Assembly (NCBI GenBank): GCA_963695225.1
Contig: OY968762.1
Location: 2,112,001-2,176,000, forward strand
From: Vulcanimicrobiota bacterium
Lineage (GTDB): Bacteria > Vulcanimicrobiota > Vulcanimicrobiia > Vulcanimicrobiales > Vulcanimicrobiaceae
Length of the DNA: 64,000 bases
Direction: 5' to 3'
Positions within the stretch are counted from its first letter, which is position 1, and every line of letters starts with the position of its first letter. The position numbers were made by a program, and so were the translations under genes. Below the pieces are notes generated by a model. That model had not been told where the DNA came from. It did not search any database and saw nothing but the letters and a program-made list of their open reading frames with translations. Below, piece by piece: positions 35,574 through 45,594 of the stretch.

Positions 35574-37862
35574 CTACGTCTCGCTGCGCGAAGAAGGTGC
35601 AAACGCCAGCGCCAGAACCGTGAGCCCGGCGAGAAGTTCGAGCAGGGCCTGTGTAGCGGCGCGGACCTCGATGAGAATGATGTCGCCCGCGCTGGGCACG
35701 TCGGGAAGGCGCCAGCCGTTGGTGAGATGATCGATCCGCAAATGCCGCAGCGGCGTCGACCCCGCGAACGCAAGCCAGCTTCGATCGAATCGCTCATTGA
35801 AGCGAAGCACTTCTCCCGAAGCCGCCGGTGCCTTTGCAATGAGGAGCCAGGGGAAGGGCCGAGTGAAACTCAGGGCTTCGGGTGCGGTGACGGAAGCGGG
35901 GCGGGCCAGTGGGAAACCTGCAGGATCGCCGGTTCCCAGCACGACGCACAGTCCCTCGCAGCGAACCGCGTGAACTCCGGCGTGCAAGACGGTCCACTGG
36001 TACGAATCCGTATCCGCTAGAATGACGTGATTATCGTCGCCGATGAGGCGGCCGCGCGCCGTAGCAAGAATGCGCGGACCCTCCGGCACGGGCAGCCACG
36101 TGCCTGCGGAGCGCGTAGCAGCTCCGCCGAACGGCTGGCCCAAGCCCGGCGTGGAACCGAAGAGGAGCCGAGTGCTCACCCAAGCCTTCGCGCTGTCTAT
36201 GTCGATCGGCGGGACGATCACCGGCGAGAACGCGTTGCTCTTGCGTTGCTCTTCTGCGTCTGCGAAAAAGACGGTCCCGTCTCCGGCCTCCGGGACGAAC
36301 GCGGCTGTCGGAGCATCTTTGGAGATGCCGAGGAGCGGCCACGAACCGCTGATTTCGCGTCGAGATCCACTTTGAGGGCGTTCAGCGAGCGCGAAATCGC
36401 TCGGCGCTTGTTTGTTGAGGAGCTCGTAGTCGGATCGGTATTGCGGCCTCGCGAATACCCAGTGGACGCCAAGCCTCCGGAGTGGTTCGATGCTCCCGCC
36501 ATGCGCATACGTCAGCAACGCGGTTGCCGTGGGGTATTCGATCAAATAAGGATTCAAGGGTGTGCGACCGGAGGGACGCGCGTATTGGTCCGGGTCGATG
36601 CCGGACCCACGCCCCATGAAGACCAGCGGCTGTAGCGTCGGCAGCATGGCGAAGCGCGCATTATCCGGAGCGGGCACGTCGAGCGTGGGCAATCGCTCGG
36701 CGGCAACCCAGAAGTGCCAGAGCGTCCCCGTCCACGGCAGCACGAGCAAGAGCGCGGCGAGGGCGATCGGATACTGAAGGAATCGCCAACGCGCGGCTGC
36801 GCATGCGCCGAGCACGACGTAGCCCAGCGCTACGAAACCGAGGAGGTCATAAAGTTCCCGAAACACGGAGAGCGAGGGAAACGAGGCGTAGACGGCCGCG
36901 GCGAGACCGTGAAGGGGTCCGCGAAAGATCGATACTGCGGCGAGAAGGCCGGCTATCACGGCGCCGGCGAGGCGCCCGGCCGCCGATGGGACGGTCAGGA
37001 AACCGATCAGTGCTGCGGCTGCGAAGACGCACAGGCTGACGTCTTGCGGCTCGTGGAACGCAGCGTCGTATCCGGCAAAATAGCCTCGCAGGAGGGCAGC
37101 CTCGCGGATGGGGACGGACTGATAATACTCCCAGGACGACGACCGCGGGATGGCGTTGAGAGATGAGGAACTCGTCAGGATCCCTGCGCCGATCGGCAAT
37201 GCGACGGCAATGAGAACGATCGCCACCCGCCACCATCGGTTGCGAATCGCGAAGACGAATAAGACCGCCCCTGCGATCAGGAAAAACTGTATTTGGGTGA
37301 TCAGCAGCCCGGCTGCCGGAAGGATGAGCGCTCGACGGTATCGTCCGTGGATGAGTTCCGCTAAGATGACGGCGGCGGCCGCGTAGGCGATGAGCATGGG
37401 GACATGCCCGGCCACGATTTGCGTGTAGACCCACGGGTTTGCGAGCGCAAACACGGCGAGCGCAGCTCTTGCCGGCCAGGAATCGAGCCACCGCGAGCCT
37501 ATGCTCCAAGCGCTCGCGAGAACGCAGAATGCGATGACCGCAAGGACAAGTGCCAACGACAAACGTGGTCCGAGAAGTCGTTGAACGGCGAAGAGCGGTA
37601 ACGCCGCCAGATATCCCGTGGGATACGGGTTCGGCAAACCGATGCCGTCGGCGATCCATCCCGTCGTGCTGTATCCTAGTTGGGCGGCTGCCGCGATCGA
37701 GTTTCGCGGCCACGCCCAGTCGTGTCGAAGCGCCGGTACGCCGTTTTGAACGACCAGAAAGGCGAACGCGCCGGACCCGCACAGCGCAAGCAGTCCCCAG
37801 ACGAATTGACGAGAACGCTGGAGCGAGGTCAAACTGAAGAGCGCTCCAACAAGGCGTAGCAC
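35574..37862 (-). CDS. Polytopic membrane protein, GT-C (AftD/DUF3367)-like
   Basis: Many TM segments, HDW, NPWVY, FRELY motifs, soluble domain and C-terminal TM. Confidence 0.6.
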   Translation of the reverse strand: MLRLVGALFSLTSLQRSRQFVWGLLALCGSGAFAFLVVQNGVPALRHDWAWPRNSIAAAAQLGYSTTGWIADGIGLPNPYPTGYLAALPLFAVQRLLGPRLSLALVLAVIAFCVLASAWSIGSRWLDSWPARAALAVFALANPWVYTQIVAGHVPMLIAYAAAAVILAELIHGRYRRALILPAAGLLITQIQFFLIAGAVLFVFAIRNRWWRVAIVLIAVALPIGAGILTSSSSLNAIPRSSSWEYYQSVPIREAALLRGYFAGYDAAFHEPQDVSLCVFAAAALIGFLTVPSAAGRLAGAVIAGLLAAVSIFRGPLHGLAAAVYASFPSLSVFRELYDLLGFVALGYVVLGACAAARWRFLQYPIALAALLLVLPWTGTLWHFWVAAERLPTLDVPAPDNARFAMLPTLQPLVFMGRGSGIDPDQYARPSGRTPLNPYLIEYPTATALLTYAHGGSIEPLRRLGVHWVFARPQYRSDYELLNKQAPSDFALAERPQSGSRREISGSWPLLGISKDAPTAAFVPEAGDGTVFFADAEEQRKSNAFSPVIVPPIDIDSAKAWVSTRLLFGSTPGLGQPFGGAATRSAGTWLPVPEGPRILATARGRLIGDDNHVILADTDSYQWTVLHAGVHAVRCEGLCVVLGTGDPAGFPLARPASVTAPEALSFTRPFPWLLIAKAPAASGEVLRFNERFDRSWLAFAGSTPLRHLRIDHLTNGWRLPDVPSAGDIILIEVRAATQALLELLAGLTVLALAFAPSSRSET

Positions 37863-38569
37863 AGGCTATACCTTGGTATGCGAATACGCATGCCGAGGCG
37901 GCGCGCCCATGGGAAGTTCTCGTAGAAGCTCTGATAGCGGTTCGGATGGGCCTGGTCGAGCCGCGCCATTATGCGTGCCAAGATGTCGCCCACGGGAAAC
38001 GCGACCGGTTCCATATCGAGTTCGCGCACTTGCAGACCGGCGGAGCTGAATAATGCGCCGAATTCCGCGAGCGATCGATACTCGCGCAGGTGCGTTTGGT
38101 CCAACCTCCATTCGCCGTTTACGCGATAGAAGTACCAGCCGCCCGGGTGCTTGATAACTGAGCCGATCACCGCCAGTCCGCCGGGTTTCAACACTTCCCG
38201 AATCGCGGACGCCATCGCCCGATCGCTGGGAACGTGCTCGATGACTTGATCTGAAAAGACGAAGTCGACAGAGCTCGCAGCGATTTCGGGCGACTGCGCG
38301 TCGGCGACGAAGGCGTCAACGGTCGGCAGACGCCGGCGCATCCGCGCAACCCGCGCCTGCGAAATATCCGATGCCAGAACGCGGCCATAGTGTTTCAGCA
38401 GGTTGCGGCCCAGAAGGAATTCGAGCTTCTGACCGTCGCCGGCTCCGAGCTCGAGAAAGACGCCGGTGCGCTTTCCGACGTTTTCGAGGAGTAGCCTCGG
38501 CAAGGTTACGAACGCGTCGAAGAAGGGCTTTGCCGCGGCGTATTCCTCGAAGTCGTGATCGCGTTTCAT
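37829..38569 (-). CDS. Class I SAM-dependent methyltransferase
   Basis: LELGAGDG, DFVFSDQVIEHV, VLKPGG, HLREY; ATGA overlap. Confidence 0.88.
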   Translation of the reverse strand: MKRDHDFEEYAAAKPFFDAFVTLPRLLLENVGKRTGVFLELGAGDGQKLEFLLGRNLLKHYGRVLASDISQARVARMRRRLPTVDAFVADAQSPEIAASSVDFVFSDQVIEHVPSDRAMASAIREVLKPGGLAVIGSVIKHPGGWYFYRVNGEWRLDQTHLREYRSLAEFGALFSSAGLQVRELDMEPVAFPVGDILARIMARLDQAHPNRYQSFYENFPWARRLGMRIRIPRYSLCYALLERSSV

Positions 38570-39726
38570 GCGAGCAGGTATCTTCGGTACCAATCGAGCT
38601 GCCGTTCGGCCACGACGTCCCAGGTTTGGGAACGCGCTCGAGTTAGAGCAGCCTCGACCATTCGCTCGTCGCGGCCTGTAGCAAGACGGTGAAGAAGGAC
38701 CGCGAGACGATCCGAGTCGCCTCGCGGGAAGAGATGTCCGGTCTTTCCGTCCTCGATCGTTTCCGCGAGACCCCCGACGGCCGAAGCCGCAACGGGCAGA
38801 CCGCGAATCATCGCTTCCAGCGAGACGAGGCCAAATGGTTCGAAGAGTGAGGGAATCAGCAACGCCGTGGCATTGCGGTACAGCCACTCGAGCTCACTAT
38901 CACTCACGCGGCCTAGGAGCATTACTTGAGAAGAAATGCCGAGGCTCTCGGCGAGTCCAGTAAGCACGCGTTCGTGCCCCGCCGATGGGCCTGCTATGCA
39001 GTAGTTGTACCGAACGCCGTCCTGCCCGGCCCGTTGGAGCGCGGCCAAAGCCGTTTCGAACCCTTTCGACCATTGGAGCCTACCGACCGACAGGAAGAAT
39101 CGATCCGGCGCATTTGCCGGCCGCGAAAGCGGGATCGCCGGCGGAAGGCTGACGCCGCAATGGATGACGTCGATCTTCTTCGCGACATGCGCGAAACTTG
39201 GATGCTTCGCGCTGTCGTATGAAATCGAGTGAAGGCGTCCGGCATTGCGCAGCGTGCGCTCGCCGAACAGGCGCTCGTAAGCGCGAAATGCCGCCAGCTG
39301 CAAGCCGCCCTGCTCGACTGGCGAATAGGGTGCTCCTAAGAGCGTCAGCCCGAAAGGCTTTCCCGCACGCTTCAATGCGATGCCGGCGACGTCGACGAGC
39401 GTGAACCCGTAGCCGAACAAGTGGTATACGTCGTAGTTCGACGACCCGATCCAACGGGCGAACTTCGCCCACGCTGCGGGACGAGGCGGCATGTAACTCT
39501 TCAGGTCGGGTGCTTGAGGCGCCAATCGTTGGAAGAGATTTGCGGGCACGAGCGGGATATACTTGGCACCGTCCACCGGCCTCGATACGTGCGCGACGGG
39601 CGAACCGGAAACGATATCGACTTCGTGCCCGGCTGCGACCATCGCCCGTCGCAACGATGAATAATACACGGGTCCGCCGCCCGTCGAGATCGGTTCGTAT
39701 TCCGGGACGATGAACAGGATCTTCAA
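38566..39726 (-). CDS. GT4 glycosyltransferase
   Basis: VGRLQWSKG, EPFGLVSLEAM. Confidence 0.9.
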   Translation of the reverse strand: MKILFIVPEYEPISTGGGPVYYSSLRRAMVAAGHEVDIVSGSPVAHVSRPVDGAKYIPLVPANLFQRLAPQAPDLKSYMPPRPAAWAKFARWIGSSNYDVYHLFGYGFTLVDVAGIALKRAGKPFGLTLLGAPYSPVEQGGLQLAAFRAYERLFGERTLRNAGRLHSISYDSAKHPSFAHVAKKIDVIHCGVSLPPAIPLSRPANAPDRFFLSVGRLQWSKGFETALAALQRAGQDGVRYNYCIAGPSAGHERVLTGLAESLGISSQVMLLGRVSDSELEWLYRNATALLIPSLFEPFGLVSLEAMIRGLPVAASAVGGLAETIEDGKTGHLFPRGDSDRLAVLLHRLATGRDERMVEAALTRARSQTWDVVAERQLDWYRRYLLA

Positions 39727-39792
39727 TGCAGGCGCGCCAGGACGGTCGCTATCGCAATCGCTAGAAAGAAGAAATACAACGCAATTTCGCGC

Positions 39793-40782
39793 TTAGATAC
39801 AAAGTGTCTTGGCATTGATCGAACCCTCGACCCGGCCAACGTACCAGCCGAACGTGTACGGTATCGCGCTCAAGCCGTTCTCGATCACCTCGGCTGCGGT
39901 GCGATTGTCGCGAGAGGGCGCCGTAGCAACGATCGTTCCTGCGGCGATCCCGACTTGAAGCAGTGCCAGCACGCCTATCGCGCTTGCGAACCGCCCCCGC
40001 GACGCGAGCGCTGCCGATGCGGCGAGCGCGCACGTATAGGCTGCGCCGAATGCCGACACGCCGGTGTTGCGGAAGGGCCGCGTGTACCCCTTTCCGATAT
40101 CGGCTTTGACTTTTTCCCCGAAGCGCTTCAAGAGTTCCGCGTCGTAGCGGTGCCAGTAACCTGCCGTCCAAAGCTTCTTGACGGTTTGCTTGCGAAGCGG
40201 GTGATAGACGACCGCCCTCGGTACCGAAATGACGAGCAGCCCGCTCTCTAGCGCGCGAAACCCGAAATCCGTATCCTCTCGGAACGGCACGTCGAAGAGC
40301 GTACGAAAGCCGCCGATGTGCTCGAAGGCGGTTCGCCGAAACGCGAGGTTTGCGCTGACCAGGCGTTCGCCGGCCGGGGCCGCCCAACGCGGGAAGAGGT
40401 ATCCGGAGTCCGTCGTGACGCGTCCGTAGGCAAAGTCGGCGTCGTGCTCGAGGATCGCCTGCAGGATCGTTTCCAACCAGTCCGGGGCCGGCACGCAATC
40501 GGCGTCGGTGACGGCGATGATCTCGCCCGAAGCCGCGGCCACGCCGCCGTTGCGCGCATTCGCCGCCCCGCCGTGCGGCAAGAACTCGACGCGCGCGGAC
40601 TCGAAATCGAACTCCTCGAGCAATTCCGCTGCTCTGCGGGCATCCGGGCTGCCGTCGTCCGCGATGATCAATTCGAAATGCCGGTGCGTCTGCAGCCGGA
40701 GCGCAGGCAACAGACAGCTCTTCAGATAGTCGTACCCATTGTAATGCGGCACGACGACGGAGACGGATGGAGTCGGTTTCAA
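39793..40782 (-). CDS. GT2 glycosyltransferase
   Basis: SVVVPHYN, DDGS, ARNGG, TDADC, REDTDF; TTG start overlapping the upstream stop. Confidence 0.88.
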   Translation of the reverse strand: MKPTPSVSVVVPHYNGYDYLKSCLLPALRLQTHRHFELIIADDGSPDARRAAELLEEFDFESARVEFLPHGGAANARNGGVAAASGEIIAVTDADCVPAPDWLETILQAILEHDADFAYGRVTTDSGYLFPRWAAPAGERLVSANLAFRRTAFEHIGGFRTLFDVPFREDTDFGFRALESGLLVISVPRAVVYHPLRKQTVKKLWTAGYWHRYDAELLKRFGEKVKADIGKGYTRPFRNTGVSAFGAAYTCALAASAALASRGRFASAIGVLALLQVGIAAGTIVATAPSRDNRTAAEVIENGLSAIPYTFGWYVGRVEGSINAKTLCI

Positions 40783-43385
40783 ACTGCTTCCTTCGCCATT
40801 CTTACATTCGCACGGGACAATCCGGCACTCATTCCTAGGGCGAGCATCCACAGCAGGAGCACCGCGAGAGTAGCCAGAGCCCCTAGAACGCGCCAGCGAC
40901 CCACCAATCCGTCGAGCCCAAAGCGGGCCGAGACATGCCATTGACCGGCCGGTAGAGCCCATCCGTTCGCAAATCCGAATGCTCTGAAGTGCTTTAGCGT
41001 TCGACCCTCGGCTTCTCCTGGGGCGCTCGATTCCGCAAACCACTCGTCGGAGTATGCAGTCCGCAGCGCGATAAAAGTGTCGCAGGTCGCTGAGACGTCG
41101 ACGTCAAGGTGTGCGTTGGTCATCACGAGGCCCGCCGTCTGCGCGGAACAGACGGCGCGGCGGGCGGCAACCGCAGAATCGGCGCTCCGAATCAAGCGTA
41201 TGGATCGTTGTGCGAGTTTCGCGGGCATGTCGGTCTCGACCGCGAGGAGCCGGCCTGCCGGTTTGAGGAGACGCTGCGATCTAGCCGGCAGCACGAGGCG
41301 TTCTGCTGCGCCCTGCTCGTAACGAAGCCGAATCCCCACCGGGGCGCCGGACTCATTGACGACGGCCAGTGCAAGCCCCGGACTGACGAGCGCGCGTAAC
41401 CGGCTCGCCTGCGGCCCCAGCGGTTGGAACCCTCTCCAATCACCGACCGGCCCCGTACCGCTAGTGACGCCGTGCCTCACGGTTTCAGCGGTATTCGGCG
41501 AGATATCCGAACCCAAAGAGGTTGAATCGGCGGGGGAGACGGCGACCGTCAAGGGAGGCGTCATCGCCGGTTCATCGCTCACGACCAGCTCTGAGGACAC
41601 GCTGAAGAGCGGGCTGGGAGAGCTCAGGCGGTAAAGCCTCAGCGGGCCGGCCACGTATTCGAGCTCGAGACCGCGGAGGGATGCAAAGGCCGGCCACGCC
41701 TGGCTCACCGTCTGACCACCAAAGGTCGGAACCGATGCGCCGTCCCACAGCACGTGCGTGATTCCGGCCCACGCCGCGAGGCCCGAAAAGGCGTCGGAAT
41801 TTCCGGCTTGCGCGAAGTCGACGAGACGCCTGATCGTCTCGTCGGACGCCGGATCGGTGCTGCCGCTGCCGTACGATTCGATCGTGCCGCCGGGAAAGAC
41901 CGTGCGATAGAAGCCCGGCCCGAAGTAACCCCACGTTCGAGCCTCGAGGCTGCTGTTCGCCGACATCGGTAACTGCAGGATCCGCGTGTTGAGATCCGTC
42001 GCGCCCCGTTCGATCAAGTGCCGGCGCATCGCCGGCACGTAAGGCGGTATCGTAACGCCGAGCAGCGGATTCCCCGCGTAATCGACGGCTCCGCCGCGCC
42101 CCACGAGCAACGGCGCGAGGAGCGCGGCGCAATACGCCGCGAACGCGAGGCGGACCCATCCGGCAGCTCCGAACCGGATGAGCGACCAGCCGACGATCGG
42201 CACGAGCGCGAGAGACATCAGAACTCCGAATTTGGTATACGGCTCTCGGAACAACTCGTGCGCGGGCAAGTGATCGACGACAAGAAACAGGAGGATCCCC
42301 GGGAAAGCGTGCCCGGTGCACATGATCAAGCCGAGCACGAAAAGCAAACTCATAACAACTTGCATGGGGCTCCAAGATCGAGCCCGCGCGAGTGAGGCGA
42401 TCAACGCCGAGAAGAGAGCGACGGGCACGAGGAGCAAGATGCTTATCGGCGTGAACGAAACGTATCGCGCCAAGACGTCCGCTACGTCCAGCATCATTCC
42501 GAACGGGCCGTTATAGAAGCCGTCTCTGAAAAACTCGCCGGGTGCGAGCCGCAGCATGTAGTAGAGCGAATTGTCGCGCCGCTGTCTGGCCACGCTTTCA
42601 CGAATGTAGTCTGCATTGAAACGGTTCGCAAGCAGCTGACTCGAGTCGTGGTAGAAGGCGACGAATTCCGGGACCATCCACCAGAGATTGCATGCTACGA
42701 TCGTCAGCAGCGGCAGCAGCGCAGCAAACCACTTAGCGCGATAGCTGCGATCGGCAGATACGAGGCCTGCGAACAACAGGCCGCCGACGAGCAGCGGCAC
42801 GGCCGAAAAGGCCGGGTTCTGCGAGGTCAACCCGAACAAGAGCGCGGCGCAGAGCGAAAGGGCGAAAGCCTTCTTTAAGCTGCGCGCGCCTTCGACGACG
42901 GCGGCCGCGGCAAAAGGGGCCGTGGCGTACGCCCCGACGCCGGCGATCGTCGGCGTGCTGTAGAGCATGTATGCGATCGGGCCGCACGCATACGGCGTCA
43001 CCGCGAGCGCGGCGGGCCAGCCCGTAAGGCCGCACGAGCGTGAAAACGCGTACGCGCCGAGCGTCGCGAGGGACCAGCACGCGGCAAGTTCGAATTTCGC
43101 CGCATCGGCCGGTGCTAAGCCGCAGCTTTGTAGCGCCGCCAAAAAGGCCAGGTGCGGGAATGCGCCGCCCAACATCAGCGAGGTTCCGCCGCCAAGGAGC
43201 ACGTGGTTTCCCCACAACTCCCGCGTCCAGCTCAGCGTCAGCGCGGGGTCGAATGAGGGGACGGTATCGCCTCCGAGAAACGCACGGCCGTGGAGCCTCA
43301 CGAAGAACGTGATCCATGGGGAAGCGACGAGTGCGGCTAAGTAGCTGAGAGGCGAGAGCGGTGTTTGAGAAACGCCGCGGGTCAA
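40779..43385 (-). CDS. Polytopic membrane protein, GT-C (AftD/DUF3367)-like
   Basis: GAGGAG RBS then TTG; GGD, NLWW.VP, FREPYTKF, GFANGW, C-terminal TM. Confidence 0.6.
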   Translation of the reverse strand: MTRGVSQTPLSPLSYLAALVASPWITFFVRLHGRAFLGGDTVPSFDPALTLSWTRELWGNHVLLGGGTSLMLGGAFPHLAFLAALQSCGLAPADAAKFELAACWSLATLGAYAFSRSCGLTGWPAALAVTPYACGPIAYMLYSTPTIAGVGAYATAPFAAAAVVEGARSLKKAFALSLCAALLFGLTSQNPAFSAVPLLVGGLLFAGLVSADRSYRAKWFAALLPLLTIVACNLWWMVPEFVAFYHDSSQLLANRFNADYIRESVARQRRDNSLYYMLRLAPGEFFRDGFYNGPFGMMLDVADVLARYVSFTPISILLLVPVALFSALIASLARARSWSPMQVVMSLLFVLGLIMCTGHAFPGILLFLVVDHLPAHELFREPYTKFGVLMSLALVPIVGWSLIRFGAAGWVRLAFAAYCAALLAPLLVGRGGAVDYAGNPLLGVTIPPYVPAMRRHLIERGATDLNTRILQLPMSANSSLEARTWGYFGPGFYRTVFPGGTIESYGSGSTDPASDETIRRLVDFAQAGNSDAFSGLAAWAGITHVLWDGASVPTFGGQTVSQAWPAFASLRGLELEYVAGPLRLYRLSSPSPLFSVSSELVVSDEPAMTPPLTVAVSPADSTSLGSDISPNTAETVRHGVTSGTGPVGDWRGFQPLGPQASRLRALVSPGLALAVVNESGAPVGIRLRYEQGAAERLVLPARSQRLLKPAGRLLAVETDMPAKLAQRSIRLIRSADSAVAARRAVCSAQTAGLVMTNAHLDVDVSATCDTFIALRTAYSDEWFAESSAPGEAEGRTLKHFRAFGFANGWALPAGQWHVSARFGLDGLVGRWRVLGALATLAVLLLWMLALGMSAGLSRANVRMAKEAV

Positions 43386-44606
43386 GCAATCTCCTCGTGT
43401 TTTCGGTCGGCGGATCGAATGATGTGCTCCGCTGCGAATGCGGGTGTGAGTTGGAAGCACTCGAGGAGTTCGCGGACGACCGCCCGCGGCGAGCAACGCG
43501 CGGAGTAGAGCATCGAACAAGCCCGTAGCTCGTCGAGGAAACCGTCCGCGGCGTTCAGCCGATCCAGCGATCGGGCCAGGGCTTGGGCTTGAGGTTCGAA
43601 AGCGACGTTCTCGAAGCCGACGCAGTCGATCCGCGTCGACGGCAAGCTCGGAACGCCCAGAGACGCCGCGATGGATAGCGGGCCGCTTGCCGCAAACGAC
43701 GTGACGTAGGGGAACACCGCGCACCGCGCCCCCGCGAAAAACGCGGCAACGTCCTCTTCAGGCACGTAATCGCACCACTGTACGCCCAGCCGCTGCGCGC
43801 GTTCGCGCATCTCGCGGTGGTAGGTTTGGTATCCCGGATCGTCCTGCAGGCGCAGGTTCTTCGGGCCGACGACGACGACGCGCTGAGGCGTCTTCACGAG
43901 CTCGAGGGCGTCGAAAAGCACGTGGTGGCCCTTGTAGTAGCTGACGAAGCCGAAGCAGAGCACATAGTCGCGCGGAAGCCCGTACCGTTCGCGAACGCGC
44001 TCGATCTGTTCGCTCGAGGGGCGGTGCGCCGATTCCGCGATCAGCGGGATGTAGACGATTTTCGATCGGAGCATCTGCGGAAACGCTTCGACGCTGCGGC
44101 TGTGTTCGAACCACGACCTTGTCACTGACGGCGGCGCAAAGGATGTTGAAAGCGTACGATGCGAGCTCGAAGAGTCTCGTCCGCGTCGTCTCCCGCTCGG
44201 CCTGGCCGTGCGCCTCCCGGATCATTTGTGCGTTCAAGGCATGGTGGAGCGTCGTTACGACGCGCATGCCGGACGCGCGGCACAAGAGGACGAGCAGAGG
44301 AAAGAGCACCGAGGTCGCCATCGGGCCGTAGAGTGTCGCCTCGTGGTGGATGTTTACGTTGCGGGCTTTGCTCTTCCGCAATTCGCGCAGAATGGTGCGA
44401 GTGAAGCTCAGACCCTGGCGCCAGCCCGGCGTGATCCCGTACTTGGCGCCGTCGATCTTGGAAGCGGCGTCGGCTTGGCCTATCACGGTCACGCGAAGGC
44501 CGGCGTCGACACACGCGTTCGCTAACTGGTGCGTGAACCGGGACATTCCGTTACTAGGACGGTCCGGATACGGGAGAGGCGCGACTATATGCAGATCGTC
44601 GTTCAC
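43382..44606 (-). pseudogene. GT4 glycosyltransferase split by a frameshift near 44110
   Basis: N-half (VVTTLHH...DKVVV) in one frame, C-half (FGFVSYYKG, VFPY, SGPL) in another. Confidence 0.75.
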
Positions 44607-44616
44607 CGTCGGATCA

Positions 44617-45594
44617 CTACGCTCCGGTCACCGCGACGGCGGCTTCGCGAAAGGCCTCGATCGTTCGTGAGAGACCCTCGAGGAGCGAGACCTCAGGGCT
44701 CCAACCGAGCAACTGACGCGCCTTCGTGATGTCGGGTCGCCGTCTCGAAGGATCGTCGGCGGGCATCGGGCGCGCTTCGACGCGCAGCTCCACGCCTACG
44801 AGCCTAGCGACGGTCTGGGCGAATTCTCGTATCGAGTATTCGTCGGGGTTGCCGAGGTTGATGATCTCTCCTCGCGCGGCTTCGGATTCGGCACAGGCGA
44901 TGATTCCGCGCACGAGATCCGAAACATAACAAAAGGAGCGGGTCTGCGCGCCGCTGCCGTAAACGGTTAGCGCTTGGCCGGCGAGGGCCTGCGAGACGAA
45001 GTTGGCGACGACGCGGCCGTCATTGTGACGCATGCGCGGTCCGTACGTATTGAAAATACGAATTATCCGCGCGTCGGCATTGCGGACGCGAACGGTAGTC
45101 GAGACGAGCGCCTCGCCAAACCGCTTGGACTCGTCATAACACGATCGCGGCCCGACGGGGTTGACGTTGCCCCAATAGGTTTCCGCCTGCGGATGCTCAA
45201 GCGGATCGCCATATGCTTCAGAAGTCGAGGCGAACAGGAAGCGCGCCCGCCAGCGTTGTGACGCTGCCAGGGCCGCCTCGGTGCCGCGGCTGTTCACGGC
45301 TAGTGTTTCGAGCGGTAGCTTCGCGTAGTCCACGGGACTCGCTGGAGAGGCCAAATGCAGGACCCGGTCGGGGATCACGGCGAGTTCGGCAACGGACCGA
45401 TCGACGAGCGCCCAGTCGGCGGCCACGTCCGCGCGGATGAACGCGAAACGTCCGCTCGCTTTTGCCGCCGCGAGGTTCGCCTCCGACCCCGTCAGAAAGT
45501 TGTCTACTCCGATGACGTGGGCTCCCGTCGCTAGATACGCATCGACGAGGTGCGAGCCGATAAAGCCGGCGGCGCCGGTAACGAGGACGATCAC
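44617..45594 (-). CDS. UDP-glucuronate decarboxylase (UDP-xylose synthase)
   Basis: HLASPASP, YWGNVNPVGPRSCYDESKR, RIFNTYGPRM, DDPSRRRPDI. Confidence 0.92.
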   Translation of the reverse strand: MIVLVTGAAGFIGSHLVDAYLATGAHVIGVDNFLTGSEANLAAAKASGRFAFIRADVAADWALVDRSVAELAVIPDRVLHLASPASPVDYAKLPLETLAVNSRGTEAALAASQRWRARFLFASTSEAYGDPLEHPQAETYWGNVNPVGPRSCYDESKRFGEALVSTTVRVRNADARIIRIFNTYGPRMRHNDGRVVANFVSQALAGQALTVYGSGAQTRSFCYVSDLVRGIIACAESEAARGEIINLGNPDEYSIREFAQTVARLVGVELRVEARPMPADDPSRRRPDITKARQLLGWSPEVSLLEGLSRTIEAFREAAVAVTGA

